Of a stretch of 32,653 nucleotides of DNA, positions 16,553 through 24,968 are shown one piece after another. Position 1 is the first letter of the stretch, and every line of letters begins with the position of its first letter. The translations under genes were made by a program, and so were the position numbers. Origin of the DNA: Candidatus Thalassarchaeaceae archaeon (lineage in GTDB: Archaea > Thermoplasmatota > Poseidoniia > Poseidoniales > Thalassarchaeaceae); the NCBI GenBank assembly GCA_030747475.1, contig JASLKO010000014.1, positions 1 through 32,653 on the forward strand, read 5' to 3'. Below the pieces are notes generated by a model. It ran no database searches and was not told the origin of the DNA. It was given only the letters and a program-made list of their open reading frames with translations.

Positions 16553-18460
16553 TCAAATGAGACGTATTGTCTCAAGATTCTTAGGGGCATGGGTCCGAAC
16601 TCTGTACGTCTTTGCCAGATCTTTTCTAAATTCAGCACATGTGTGTGCATCTCCATGATGACAAATAATTGTCTTAGGTTTGGGATTCATAGCTTTGACG
16701 TAATCCATTAATTGTCGACGATCGGAGTGCCCACTAAATCCGTCAATCGTAATCACATCACATTGAATTGGAACCATGTGAGTTTGTCCACCATCATTAA
16801 TTGGAACCTCACTGAATCCTTTCTGAAGACGGCGTCCAAGTGTTCCGTCTGCTTGATAGCCCACGAAACAGAGAGTGTTATTCGGCTCGGGAGCCCAGTG
16901 TTTGAAGTACTCTACAATGGGGCCTCCTGTCATCATTCCACTGGTGGCTAGAACAATACAAGGAGATGGGTCCAACAAGATACTTTCACGCTGATCTCGA
17001 CCATCTACCTGCTTGAACCACGATGAATTGAATGGATTTTCGTCTCCACCCTTGAGGACCTTTTTCCTTAAATCACGATTCAGTGCGTCTGGATGACTTG
17101 CATGAATTGCAGTTGCTTCACTAATCATCCCATCAATCCATACAGTTACGGGTTCACATTCACCGGATTTGAACAATTGATCGATAGCAATCATCACTTC
17201 TTGGGAACGTCCAACAGCGAAAACTGGGCAGAAGATTTTACCTCTTCGAGACAATGCTCTTTGAATCAAATCTTGCATCTCTTGGGTAGCTTCTTGGCGT
17301 GTGGGTTGGAAATCTTTAGCACCACCATAAGTCGATTCCAAGATAAGTGTCTCGACACGAGGGAATCTGACTGCTGCTGCTTCATACAACCAGGACTTTT
17401 CATACTTGATGTCGCCACTAAAAACAATGTTGTGCTTTCCTTCACCAATATGCATGTGCAATGAGGATGAACCAAGAATATGACCCGCATTGTACATGGT
17501 GAGTTTGATATCAGGAGCAACGTCAATGGTTTTGCCCCATTCGACATCAACGATATGTTTGATCATCTCCTGAACATCGCCCAAACCATATGGTGGCGGG
17601 TTTCCTTCAGCTGATGCTACCTTGATGTAATCACTTTGTAGCAACACCATGAGGTCGCGGGTCGGTGGAGTACAGTATACTGGTCCACGATAGCCATACT
17701 TGAACATCACAGGAAGTAATCCAATATGGTCAATATGTGCATGAGTAATTACAATGGCATCAAGGTTCTCAAATGGTAATAATTCAGGGGCATCGAAGAA
17801 GGGAGCAATCTCACTCAGATTGTTAGTCGGTTTAGCACCAACATCAACGATGACCTTCGACTCATTAGTCGTCACCAAATGCATTGCACGACCAACTTCC
17901 CTGTATGAACCAAGTGCTGTCAATCGACACCAGGTTGTCCCCGGCCTTTGTGGACGATAAATTCGCGTACCGAATTTACGTAGTAGCGATTTACGCTCAT
18001 CGCTATTTTCCTGACGATATCTCCTGATATTATGCATGGTTGCACTTTCAATTGGTGAGGCTCGTTCAGTATGGACCTTCCATCCAGTTTCATCCCGAAT
18101 TGCACGCACAATGGACCCTTTTGGTCCAACGGCCAATCCCGGATTCAAACAAACAACGGTGACTTCACATAACGCCCCATCAAAGTAGATTCGTTTGAGA
18201 CCTGCATCATCTGGAATGAGTTCCATAATTCGAAGTTCAGCATCTTTACTAGCCATCAAAATTTCAGGTGATGGGCGTACTTCAACGCGTCGCTTAATGG
18301 TTTTAGCAATCTTTGCAGTAAGACTGTCATTGCCTGCAAATTTCTCAGGTGTTTTCGTGATTATGGCAATGCTAGCCGCCTCTAAATCAACTTCATAGTC
18401 GATGTCCTTGGGGACCATCTCCTCAATTTTTTTCTTCACTTGCTGAAATGTTAGTCGCAT
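16553..18460 (-). CDS. aCPSF1 / FttA: KH-domain beta-CASP metallo-beta-lactamase ribonuclease (archaeal transcription termination / RNA 3'-end factor)
   Basis: 635 aa. N-terminal KH-type region (GPKGSIVRAIRDETGW), the HxHxDH motif ITHAHIDHIG, and beta-CASP C-terminal motifs (GFSGHSD, HHGD). GGAGG sits 8-12 nt upstream of the ATG. Confidence 0.9.
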   Translation of the reverse strand: MRLTFQQVKKKIEEMVPKDIDYEVDLEAASIAIITKTPEKFAGNDSLTAKIAKTIKRRVEVRPSPEILMASKDAELRIMELIPDDAGLKRIYFDGALCEVTVVCLNPGLAVGPKGSIVRAIRDETGWKVHTERASPIESATMHNIRRYRQENSDERKSLLRKFGTRIYRPQRPGTTWCRLTALGSYREVGRAMHLVTTNESKVIVDVGAKPTNNLSEIAPFFDAPELLPFENLDAIVITHAHIDHIGLLPVMFKYGYRGPVYCTPPTRDLMVLLQSDYIKVASAEGNPPPYGLGDVQEMIKHIVDVEWGKTIDVAPDIKLTMYNAGHILGSSSLHMHIGEGKHNIVFSGDIKYEKSWLYEAAAVRFPRVETLILESTYGGAKDFQPTRQEATQEMQDLIQRALSRRGKIFCPVFAVGRSQEVMIAIDQLFKSGECEPVTVWIDGMISEATAIHASHPDALNRDLRKKVLKGGDENPFNSSWFKQVDGRDQRESILLDPSPCIVLATSGMMTGGPIVEYFKHWAPEPNNTLCFVGYQADGTLGRRLQKGFSEVPINDGGQTHMVPIQCDVITIDGFSGHSDRRQLMDYVKAMNPKPKTIICHHGDAHTCAEFRKDLAKTYRVRTHAPKNLETIRLI

Positions 18461-18481
18461 TGTGCAACCTCCTAATTTCCC

Positions 18482-18537
18482 GATGATTAGACATCATCAA
18501 CTCACCAAGACCGGTGAGCGAAGACGGCGATTCGCCG
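18482..18537 (-). other. Three consecutive short hairpins in the psmB-aCPSF1 spacer
   Basis: GATGAT-tagac-ATCATC (18482-18498), CTCACC-aagacc-GGTGAG (18501-18518) and CGGCG-att-CGCCG (18525-18537). The spacer has no T-run of 5 or more. Confidence 0.4.
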
Positions 18538-18546
18538 GGAATGTGA

Positions 18547-19185
18547 TTAGCACTGTGCAATTAGTGCTGTAATTTGGGCCTCATCCAGTAATCGGAAACC
18601 GGATTTTGTGATGACGGCGAGGTCCATACCGTTGCCACTAGCTGCATCACGCTGAGCACTAGCCAATAGTGCCTTTGCTGCAACCTTAAGGGCGTCTTTC
18701 TCAGACATATTTTGTTTGAATTGGTCCTCTAACACACCATACATGTATGGGGATCCTGAACCGGTAGCACAATAATCGTCTGGAATTGAACCACCTGCTG
18801 AATCGATTGAATATACGTGGCCACCCTCATCGTCATATCCAGCGATGAGTAACTGAACCCAGTGTGGACGTCCAACCAAGATGTTTGCAGTTAGAGTTGC
18901 TGCACCCTTCACAGTCATGTTTCGGCCACGCTTGAGTTGAAAGAGATTCATTTCTGCTGCTAGTGTGCGAGATAGTGACTGGGCATGACCAACAAGCCCA
19001 GCTGTTGTCAAGGCCAAATTGTCAGCTATCTTGAACAATTTCTGAACACTCTTGTTCGCAACAAAGTGACCCATTGTGGCCCGATGATCGGCACCAACAA
19101 CGACCCCGTCGCTAAAGCAGATGCCTATCGTACTCGTGCCTGTCTTGACCGTTGCCATCTCTGCGTCCATAATTTTCGCCTCCAT
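18547..19185 (-). CDS. psmB: Proteasome subunit beta (with propeptide)
   Basis: The KTG|TSTIGICFSDGVVVGADHRAT motif has the catalytic Thr after the propeptide Gly. Length is typical at 212 aa. Confidence 0.9.
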   Translation of the reverse strand: MEAKIMDAEMATVKTGTSTIGICFSDGVVVGADHRATMGHFVANKSVQKLFKIADNLALTTAGLVGHAQSLSRTLAAEMNLFQLKRGRNMTVKGAATLTANILVGRPHWVQLLIAGYDDEGGHVYSIDSAGGSIPDDYCATGSGSPYMYGVLEDQFKQNMSEKDALKVAAKALLASAQRDAASGNGMDLAVITKSGFRLLDEAQITALIAQC

Positions 19186-19362
19186 TGAATCCGTGCGATG
19201 TGCACGTTAGGGACATTTGTGCCAATCGGTGGACCCTTATGAATCCCCCGTATGACCATCCCTTGTGTACACCACCGGACCCTGTGGAATCGTGACGGTT
19301 CTTGAACCTATGAAGTCGATTAGGTCCGAGGGTTGAAGGATTGAGACGTACCGTGGACGGCC

Positions 19363-19779
19363 ATGGAGGGAGATTCGGACGAGCCCAGGTGGATGAAAAT
19401 GCCGTCCATTGAGGAATCGAAACCGCAACCAGTCGAGCCTGAAATCTCGTTTCATGATTTAGGTGACCTCTATCCAGATGCACCCGTACCATTTGGAAGA
19501 GGAGATGTTATCGTTCATCGAGCCATCCTACACGACTCATCGGGCGTTGAACAATTGTTTGATTGGGTTGCTAGCGGAGATGTCGCCATTGTCGAATTAA
19601 AGCGATTGATGCAACGTGAAATAGAGTTCGCGACTACTATTGCACGTTTACAACAATTAATCGAAGGTGATTTGGGTGGTGCACTCGTTCAGATTGGTGA
19701 TGAGCGGCTGATTTTATTGCCATCTGGATTTCGGGGCCTCAGAGGGATTGCTGACGAGGTGTTCACCCCCGACTACTAA
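19363..19779 (+). CDS. sepF: SepF-like cell-division protein (FtsZ anchor family)
   Basis: The C-terminal domain pattern VIVHRAIL...GDVAIVELKRL...LGGALVQIGDERLILLPSGF matches the SepF/DUF552 fold signature. The N-terminus is acidic. Confidence 0.6.
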   Translation: MEGDSDEPRWMKMPSIEESKPQPVEPEISFHDLGDLYPDAPVPFGRGDVIVHRAILHDSSGVEQLFDWVASGDVAIVELKRLMQREIEFATTIARLQQLIEGDLGGALVQIGDERLILLPSGFRGLRGIADEVFTPDY

Positions 19780-20414
19780 TGTTTCAATCCGGTGATATCA
19801 TGAAGAGTATTATCGAGGTCGACTGCATTATTTGCAGCTACTCAGATGGATTGGAGATGCTTGCACATACTGAAGAAATAGCCTATTTCGGTGAACACAC
19901 TCAAGTCACACTCACATGCCCCGGATGTGGATGGCGCCAAACTGACTTCATCCCAGCAGAATCTCGTGAAGGGAACTGTGCATCTTATTTCATTAACAAC
20001 ACTGAGGATTTATCCATCCGAGTGATTCGAGGTTCTGCCTGTACTGTTCGATTGGTGGAATTAGATTTGGAAGTCAGACCAGGTTCCCATTCAATGGGAT
20101 ATGTCTCAAACATAGAAGGTGTTCTCAATCGATTTCAAGATGTTATCGACATGGTTGGTAGGGAAGCAGCACAGGAAGGAGAACAAGAGGCTATCAAAAA
20201 AATTGTCAATTTAACTGGGGCAATGCAATCCATTCGAGATGGAAATTTAGGTGTAACATTGGAATTCCTAGACCCTTGTGGGCACTCAATGATTATGGCA
20301 GAAAATGTGGACATCCGACCCCTCACAGAAGATGAATTGGATGATCTCCCTGTGGGCCCTGCTGCAGGATTAATGGAAGCAGGCGCTGCTCAATCAAGGG
20401 ATGATTCAGAATAG
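19779..20414 (+). CDS. ZPR1-type zinc-finger protein
   Basis: CIICS...EEIAYFGEHTQVTLTCPGCGWRQTDF is the ZPR1 C4 finger, followed by the ZPR1 beta domain. Its start overlaps the sepF stop (TAATG). Confidence 0.7.
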   Translation: MFQSGDIMKSIIEVDCIICSYSDGLEMLAHTEEIAYFGEHTQVTLTCPGCGWRQTDFIPAESREGNCASYFINNTEDLSIRVIRGSACTVRLVELDLEVRPGSHSMGYVSNIEGVLNRFQDVIDMVGREAAQEGEQEAIKKIVNLTGAMQSIRDGNLGVTLEFLDPCGHSMIMAENVDIRPLTEDELDDLPVGPAAGLMEAGAAQSRDDSE

Positions 20415-20418
20415 GATT

Positions 20419-21777
20419 TCAATTCTGAGCATCATCGGCCAAGAATTGATTGATGAGGTGTGCATTTTGGTCCCTCATTTCCCCAAGTTCGGTCAACCAA
20501 GCTCTAGCCTTCTCAATGGTGATTGCTTTGAGTTCACCACTTAGAAGGTCACCAGACACATAAGCACGGCGAATTTCCTCTAGTGCAGCATCATCCTCTT
20601 CAAAGAAGAATAACAGATATTGGAATGCAACATCGACATCTGGATTGCCTCCAATTCGTCGATGTTCCTCAACGGTGGATTGTCCACCTGAGAACGAACG
20701 CTTGAATTTCTTCTCCATCTTGTCAAGACTCTCATTGAGGAAGATGGTTGTCTCCGGTTTTGATGATGACATCTTGCCTCCAGTCATACCAACAGCAAAT
20801 CGGTGATATGTACTGCTGGGCTGGAGAAGTCCAGGGCCGCCCAAACTTCGTTCCAATGTGAGCAATGCCATTCGAACTGGATATCGGTCCTTGGGGGTCG
20901 CAGCAGGGAGATCTACAATCCCATGTTTCGCATCAGCCATGATATCCCCGTATCCAAGCGTTTTGACGGCATCGATGATTTGAGTAAAAATCGCCGCTGT
21001 TGAGGATTTGTCAGCAGCAACAATCGACTGATTCTCAACCATGACTGAGACGGTAATCCGCAATCCACCATTCTTTCGCTCAATGACATTGAACCAATTT
21101 GTCTTGCCGGCCAATCCACGACATAATCGCAAATGTGGATCTTGGTCTACTCCGACGGGCACGACAATCGGTCGTAGTCCACCGTACTCCTCCAATTGAG
21201 GATGTAAGATATCTCCAGCTTGAACCAGTGGAGCCTGAACATGGGCAAGGTTTGTGTCACCTTGAAATCCATAAATCGCTTCAAATTCTGAAAGATTCGT
21301 TCGTTTACCCAATGTGAATCCCATTCGTTGAACGATGGGGCGTGAACTCTGGAAGTAAATCTGGGTCTTTTCGGGATCTAATCCCATTGCAACATAGTTG
21401 GCGACATATTCTTCCAATGCGAGACGACGGCATTCTGCTAATGAATATCCACGAGTAGCATTCGCCTCAAGGTCAGCCACTGCGATGGTGACATCTGCAC
21501 CTTGCTCTTGGAACCAGCGGACTTGGTCAATCACCATCTTGTGTCCCAAATGCATTTGCCCACTGGGCATCAAGCCAGTCATGACACCGAATGAGTCACC
21601 ACGAGCATGTGCTTGGAGGATGTTACCTAAATCACGATGGGCGAAAATAATGTCACGACGATGGTGCAAAGATGGATTCGGTATTTCTGCCAATGGAACA
21701 GAACTCAAACCAAACTGCTGAATGATTCGGTCATAGTCCGTAGAGACGTCACTAGACCATGGGTCGATGTCCACCAT
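20419..21777 (-). CDS. trpS: Tryptophanyl-tRNA synthetase (archaeal/eukaryotic type) carrying a ~90-aa internal insertion
   Basis: Carries N-terminal DPWSSDVSTDYDRIIQQFG, PSGQMHLGH (HIGH), VGVDQDPHLRL and GGKMSSSKP (KMSKS). At 452 aa it is longer than the ~370-390 aa I remember for archaeal TrpRS. Confidence 0.85.
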   Translation of the reverse strand: MVDIDPWSSDVSTDYDRIIQQFGLSSVPLAEIPNPSLHHRRDIIFAHRDLGNILQAHARGDSFGVMTGLMPSGQMHLGHKMVIDQVRWFQEQGADVTIAVADLEANATRGYSLAECRRLALEEYVANYVAMGLDPEKTQIYFQSSRPIVQRMGFTLGKRTNLSEFEAIYGFQGDTNLAHVQAPLVQAGDILHPQLEEYGGLRPIVVPVGVDQDPHLRLCRGLAGKTNWFNVIERKNGGLRITVSVMVENQSIVAADKSSTAAIFTQIIDAVKTLGYGDIMADAKHGIVDLPAATPKDRYPVRMALLTLERSLGGPGLLQPSSTYHRFAVGMTGGKMSSSKPETTIFLNESLDKMEKKFKRSFSGGQSTVEEHRRIGGNPDVDVAFQYLLFFFEEDDAALEEIRRAYVSGDLLSGELKAITIEKARAWLTELGEMRDQNAHLINQFLADDAQN

Positions 21778-21789
21778 CGGCTACGCCGA

Positions 21790-21811
21790 TATCAAGGCGG
21801 CTATCAAGGCG
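21790..21811. repeat. Tandem 10-nt direct repeat TATCAAGGCG x2 (12-nt register) in the trpS / saccharopine-dehydrogenase divergent promoter region
   Basis: Copies at 21790-21799 and 21802-21811. On the minus strand they read CGCCTTGATA twice, 11-35 nt upstream of the trpS ATG. Confidence 0.6.
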
Positions 21812-21869
21812 TCGGGTCAACTTCGGCCTATGGCCGATGGTTTGACGTGTACATCGCACATGCCGTAGC

Positions 21870-22901
21870 GTGAACGGAGTATGTGTCCTAGGTGGCGGCC
21901 TTGTCGGCCGATTTGTAGCAACGACGTTGTTTGAACGTGGATACAAAATTCGGCTTGTGGATTCTGATTCTTCAGCATTCACAAAAATTCCCAAAGAAAT
22001 CGAATGTGTCCATACTCGTATCGATCTTGATGAGGGGTTGGAAAAAATTGTAGGAAATTGTAAGGTCGTCGTCAATTGCTTACCTGGCCGAATAGGCCAC
22101 CTTGTTAGGGGCCAATTGTTGTCTATAGAAGGGATGTCTGTGGCAGATTTGGCATTTACTTCAGAAGACCCTCGTGACCTCGATGAATTGGCTAGAAAAC
22201 ATACATCTCAATTGATATTCGACGTAGGGATTGCACCTGGATTATCGAACATCATAATCGGAGATGCGCAGCACCGAATTGGCAAACTTGAACGTGCAAG
22301 GATTTGGGTTGGTGGGAATCCACAAAAATCGGATACTGATTGGTCATACATGGCACCATTTTCACCATCTGATGTCATCGAAGAATATACTCGTCCCGCT
22401 AGAATTAGGAGGAATGGGGCAATCATTACTGCCCCAGCATTGACCGAAAGGCACGCGGTAGATGTTCCTGGATATGGACGAATGGAAGCATTTCTCACAG
22501 ATGGGTTGCGAAGTCTCCTCGACACCATTGATTGCGATGATGTAGCTGAATATACAGTCAGATGGCCAGGGCATATACAACGATTCATTGATTTGGAAAC
22601 AATTGATGAAAAGGCGCTAATCGATGCTTGGCGATTTAATGAAAATCGACCAGAGTTTACATGGTTGGCAGTAGAAGTTGATTCTGATGGCAATAGAAAT
22701 CGATGGGATCTCATTGACAAAGGAAAGGATGGATGGTCATCTATGGCGAGAACGACTGGCCTCGTGACCGTTGAAGTCGTCGAAATGATGGTTGAAGGAG
22801 TTCTCAATATTGATGGAGTACACCCTCCAGAAGTACTACACCCTCATGCTGAAAGATTCATTCAAATGATGCGCGACAATGGTGTTGAAATCTGGGATTA
22901 A
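21870..22901 (+). CDS. Saccharopine dehydrogenase-like NAD(P)-binding oxidoreductase
   Basis: N-terminal Rossmann motif VCVLGGGLVGRF and a two-domain, 343-aa layout typical of the short saccharopine/carboxynorspermidine dehydrogenase family. GTG start; there is no in-frame ATG upstream of the GxGxxG. Confidence 0.5.
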   Translation: MNGVCVLGGGLVGRFVATTLFERGYKIRLVDSDSSAFTKIPKEIECVHTRIDLDEGLEKIVGNCKVVVNCLPGRIGHLVRGQLLSIEGMSVADLAFTSEDPRDLDELARKHTSQLIFDVGIAPGLSNIIIGDAQHRIGKLERARIWVGGNPQKSDTDWSYMAPFSPSDVIEEYTRPARIRRNGAIITAPALTERHAVDVPGYGRMEAFLTDGLRSLLDTIDCDDVAEYTVRWPGHIQRFIDLETIDEKALIDAWRFNENRPEFTWLAVEVDSDGNRNRWDLIDKGKDGWSSMARTTGLVTVEVVEMMVEGVLNIDGVHPPEVLHPHAERFIQMMRDNGVEIWD

Positions 22902-24052
22902 TCTTCCATCTCGGGATTTTGGCGCTCTCTTTCTTTCTTCAACGTAAACCATACTGCTGCAGGCACAGCAAGAATGGTGAGTAAGGCAACAGCGAGTAGA
23001 ATCCAACTCGGTTCAATATCTTCTTGAGGTTCGATTAACCATGTAAATCGCAAAGGAGATTCTTGGAATGGTGAACTCCATTCAAACAAGTCGGTCGTAT
23101 GATGGCCTGTGACCATGAATGGAGTCAGCCCGTTGAAGTAGTCACCACGAATTAGTGCGTCGTCTGGCGGGGATATGAAGGTAATACGGACTTCAACACC
23201 TTCGGGAATTGTCAAATAAATTGTTTGATCCCCATTCGTGATTCTATAGCCCACCTGTAGGTGATGATCTGAAGTATTAAGTTCAGGGAAGGGCATCCCG
23301 TCGGCACGGTTTACTCTCTGAATTTGGTTATTCTCATCAAAGATGGTGAGGTTTGTCGTCCCCGGCACTGACCAAAAACCTTCAGAAGGTGCACTTCCAA
23401 TTAGATACATGTGTCTCTCATCCCATTCCGGTGGGTTGTCTATTCGCTCTGCCGCCCTCTCCCCCGCAGAATGGAATTCGCCCCAAGTGGTGAACCAGTA
23501 ATTCTGTGATTCAATCCATTCAAGGACGTCTTTGTCCCTACGTACATTGAGATCTTCAATTTGTGCTTCCCAATACAAATTTGTATAGCCGTGTTCATTG
23601 ATACCTGTTTGAATGGCATCGGCAGATGCAATGTTTTTCTCAAGACTGCCACCACTTTGCTCAATTATTTCTAGAGTGTCTGAAGAGTTATTCTGCGGCT
23701 GCAATTCATTGCCTCCCACGATGAGGAAGCCCTCATCCATCAGGGCATCCATCGTTTCGGATTCGATTACACCATCTGGGAGGCCGAACGATAGTGGTTC
23801 AGAACCCCATTTTGAGGCATTGATTTGTGAAGTAAGATAATCCTTACATTCCGAGATGACACTGAGATCTGTGTTCACATTTTTCCCAGGTATTCCATGA
23901 CAACCGAATTCATCGCCAAGTCTCAGTCTCTCTCCACCGACCACATCTTGGCTTAGCCAACCATCGGCCCGCCATGCAACTGCTCCCGGCAATGCAATCG
24001 GCATCAATAGGATGCCCAGAAGAGAAAAAGCGACCACAAGACGCGTGTTCAT
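22898..24052 (-). CDS. Uncharacterised extracellular protein with an N-terminal signal/anchor and a C-terminal TM anchor
   Basis: The ORF track extends to 24325, but that N-terminal 91 aa overlaps plsC on the other strand. The ATG at 24052 gives MNTRLVVAFSLLGILLMPIALPGAVA, a typical signal peptide. The C-terminal TM is ILLAVALLTILAVPAAVWF, followed by a charged tail. Confidence 0.65.
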   Translation of the reverse strand: MNTRLVVAFSLLGILLMPIALPGAVAWRADGWLSQDVVGGERLRLGDEFGCHGIPGKNVNTDLSVISECKDYLTSQINASKWGSEPLSFGLPDGVIESETMDALMDEGFLIVGGNELQPQNNSSDTLEIIEQSGGSLEKNIASADAIQTGINEHGYTNLYWEAQIEDLNVRRDKDVLEWIESQNYWFTTWGEFHSAGERAAERIDNPPEWDERHMYLIGSAPSEGFWSVPGTTNLTIFDENNQIQRVNRADGMPFPELNTSDHHLQVGYRITNGDQTIYLTIPEGVEVRITFISPPDDALIRGDYFNGLTPFMVTGHHTTDLFEWSSPFQESPLRFTWLIEPQEDIEPSWILLAVALLTILAVPAAVWFTLKKERERQNPEMED

Positions 24053-24138
24053 GGAGATGTGCGAGTGGTCCCACTTCTTGATGTTGGGGTTGTATCTATC
24101 GGCAATCCTGAAGTGTGAATAGCACTTACAATGCCCCG

Positions 24139-24915
24139 ATGACAGTGGCGTCACAGGAAATATTGGATGAATTTCGTGAAGTTTGTCGAATTCCTGAGAC
24201 TGGGATTCCCTTGCCCAAGGCACCAACCTATTCTGTACTTCTAGGAATCCTACCTGCGATTTGTAGAACACTATTTCGAGTACGTTATCGAGGTATTCAT
24301 CGCGTTCCGAAAAACGGCCCCGCAATCATTGCTGCCAACCACACATCCCACATAGATCCATTCTGTGTCATCATGGGAGCGAGGAGAAGATTGCACTATC
24401 TAGCGAAAGATGGGCATTTCAAGCGATTTCATACTGCAATTGTGATGCGGACAACAGGTCAAATCGAAACACACCGTGAATCGGGTGCATCAGACGCGTT
24501 GTCAAGCGCATCAGATGTGCTTTCCAATGGAAAGGTCATGGGAATTTTTCCAGAAGGAACTCGTTCTCGTCGCCCTCTGCCCCCATACTTGCAAACTGGT
24601 AAAACTGGAGTGGCCAGAATGGCAGCAAGTTACCCCAATGTTCCCGTGATTCCATGTTCACTGGTTGGTGCAAGAAATGTCATGGCCCCTGGTGACAAAA
24701 TTTTACGCCCATGGAAAAGAGTTGACATTTCATATGGAGAAAGCGTGACTTGGAATGATTGGATTGTGCACCCACAGGGTGGCGGACAGAGCAAGGAGAT
24801 GTTGCAAGCTATCATTGAATCCGATGATGCGCAACAAAGAATCGCATTGGGTGAGTTGTATCGAAAATTTACCAACCAAGTCATTGGGACATTGGCCAGC
24901 CTCGGCGCACCCTGA
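24139..24915 (+). CDS. plsC: 1-acyl-sn-glycerol-3-phosphate acyltransferase-type (PlsC family) acyltransferase
   Basis: HX4D motif AANHTSHIDP, FPEGTRS motif and a later PVIPCSL block. The ORF-track start at 24115 is GTG; the ATG is at 24139. Confidence 0.75.
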   Translation: MTVASQEILDEFREVCRIPETGIPLPKAPTYSVLLGILPAICRTLFRVRYRGIHRVPKNGPAIIAANHTSHIDPFCVIMGARRRLHYLAKDGHFKRFHTAIVMRTTGQIETHRESGASDALSSASDVLSNGKVMGIFPEGTRSRRPLPPYLQTGKTGVARMAASYPNVPVIPCSLVGARNVMAPGDKILRPWKRVDISYGESVTWNDWIVHPQGGGQSKEMLQAIIESDDAQQRIALGELYRKFTNQVIGTLASLGAP

Positions 24916-24968
24916 AAGGGTGCGGGACACAATTCAAGAACCGTCTCGACCCGATGTGATATGTTCCG

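Noticed and set aside
18461-18546. A C/D-box sRNA in the psmB-aCPSF1 spacer (the minus strand contains UGAUGA).
   Set aside because: No CUGA D box, no C'/D' pair and no terminal kink-turn arrangement could be found. The UGAUGA is simply one arm of the first hairpin.
19112-19492. 126-aa and 72-aa minus-strand ORFs spanning the psmB-sepF intergenic region.
   Set aside because: They run antisense to the sepF 5' end and into psmB, have Arg/Pro/Gly-rich random-looking composition, and show no motif. The region is more likely a divergent promoter.
20830-21105. The TrpRS insertion as an intein.
   Set aside because: It is too short (~90 aa), lacks an N-terminal Cys/Ser and a C-terminal His-Asn plus Cys/Ser/Thr junction, and has no homing-endonuclease-like blocks.
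22208-22807. 199-aa antisense ORF inside the saccharopine-dehydrogenase-like gene.
   Set aside because: It is fully contained in a sense ORF that has a Rossmann GxGxxG motif. The antisense product is Ser/Arg/Ile-rich with no motif.
24053-24325. N-terminal 91 aa of the 475-aa ORF-track entry 22898-24325.
   Set aside because: It overlaps the plsC ORF on the opposite strand and has no coding-like features. The internal ATG at 24052 begins a textbook signal peptide, so the shorter CDS is preferred.
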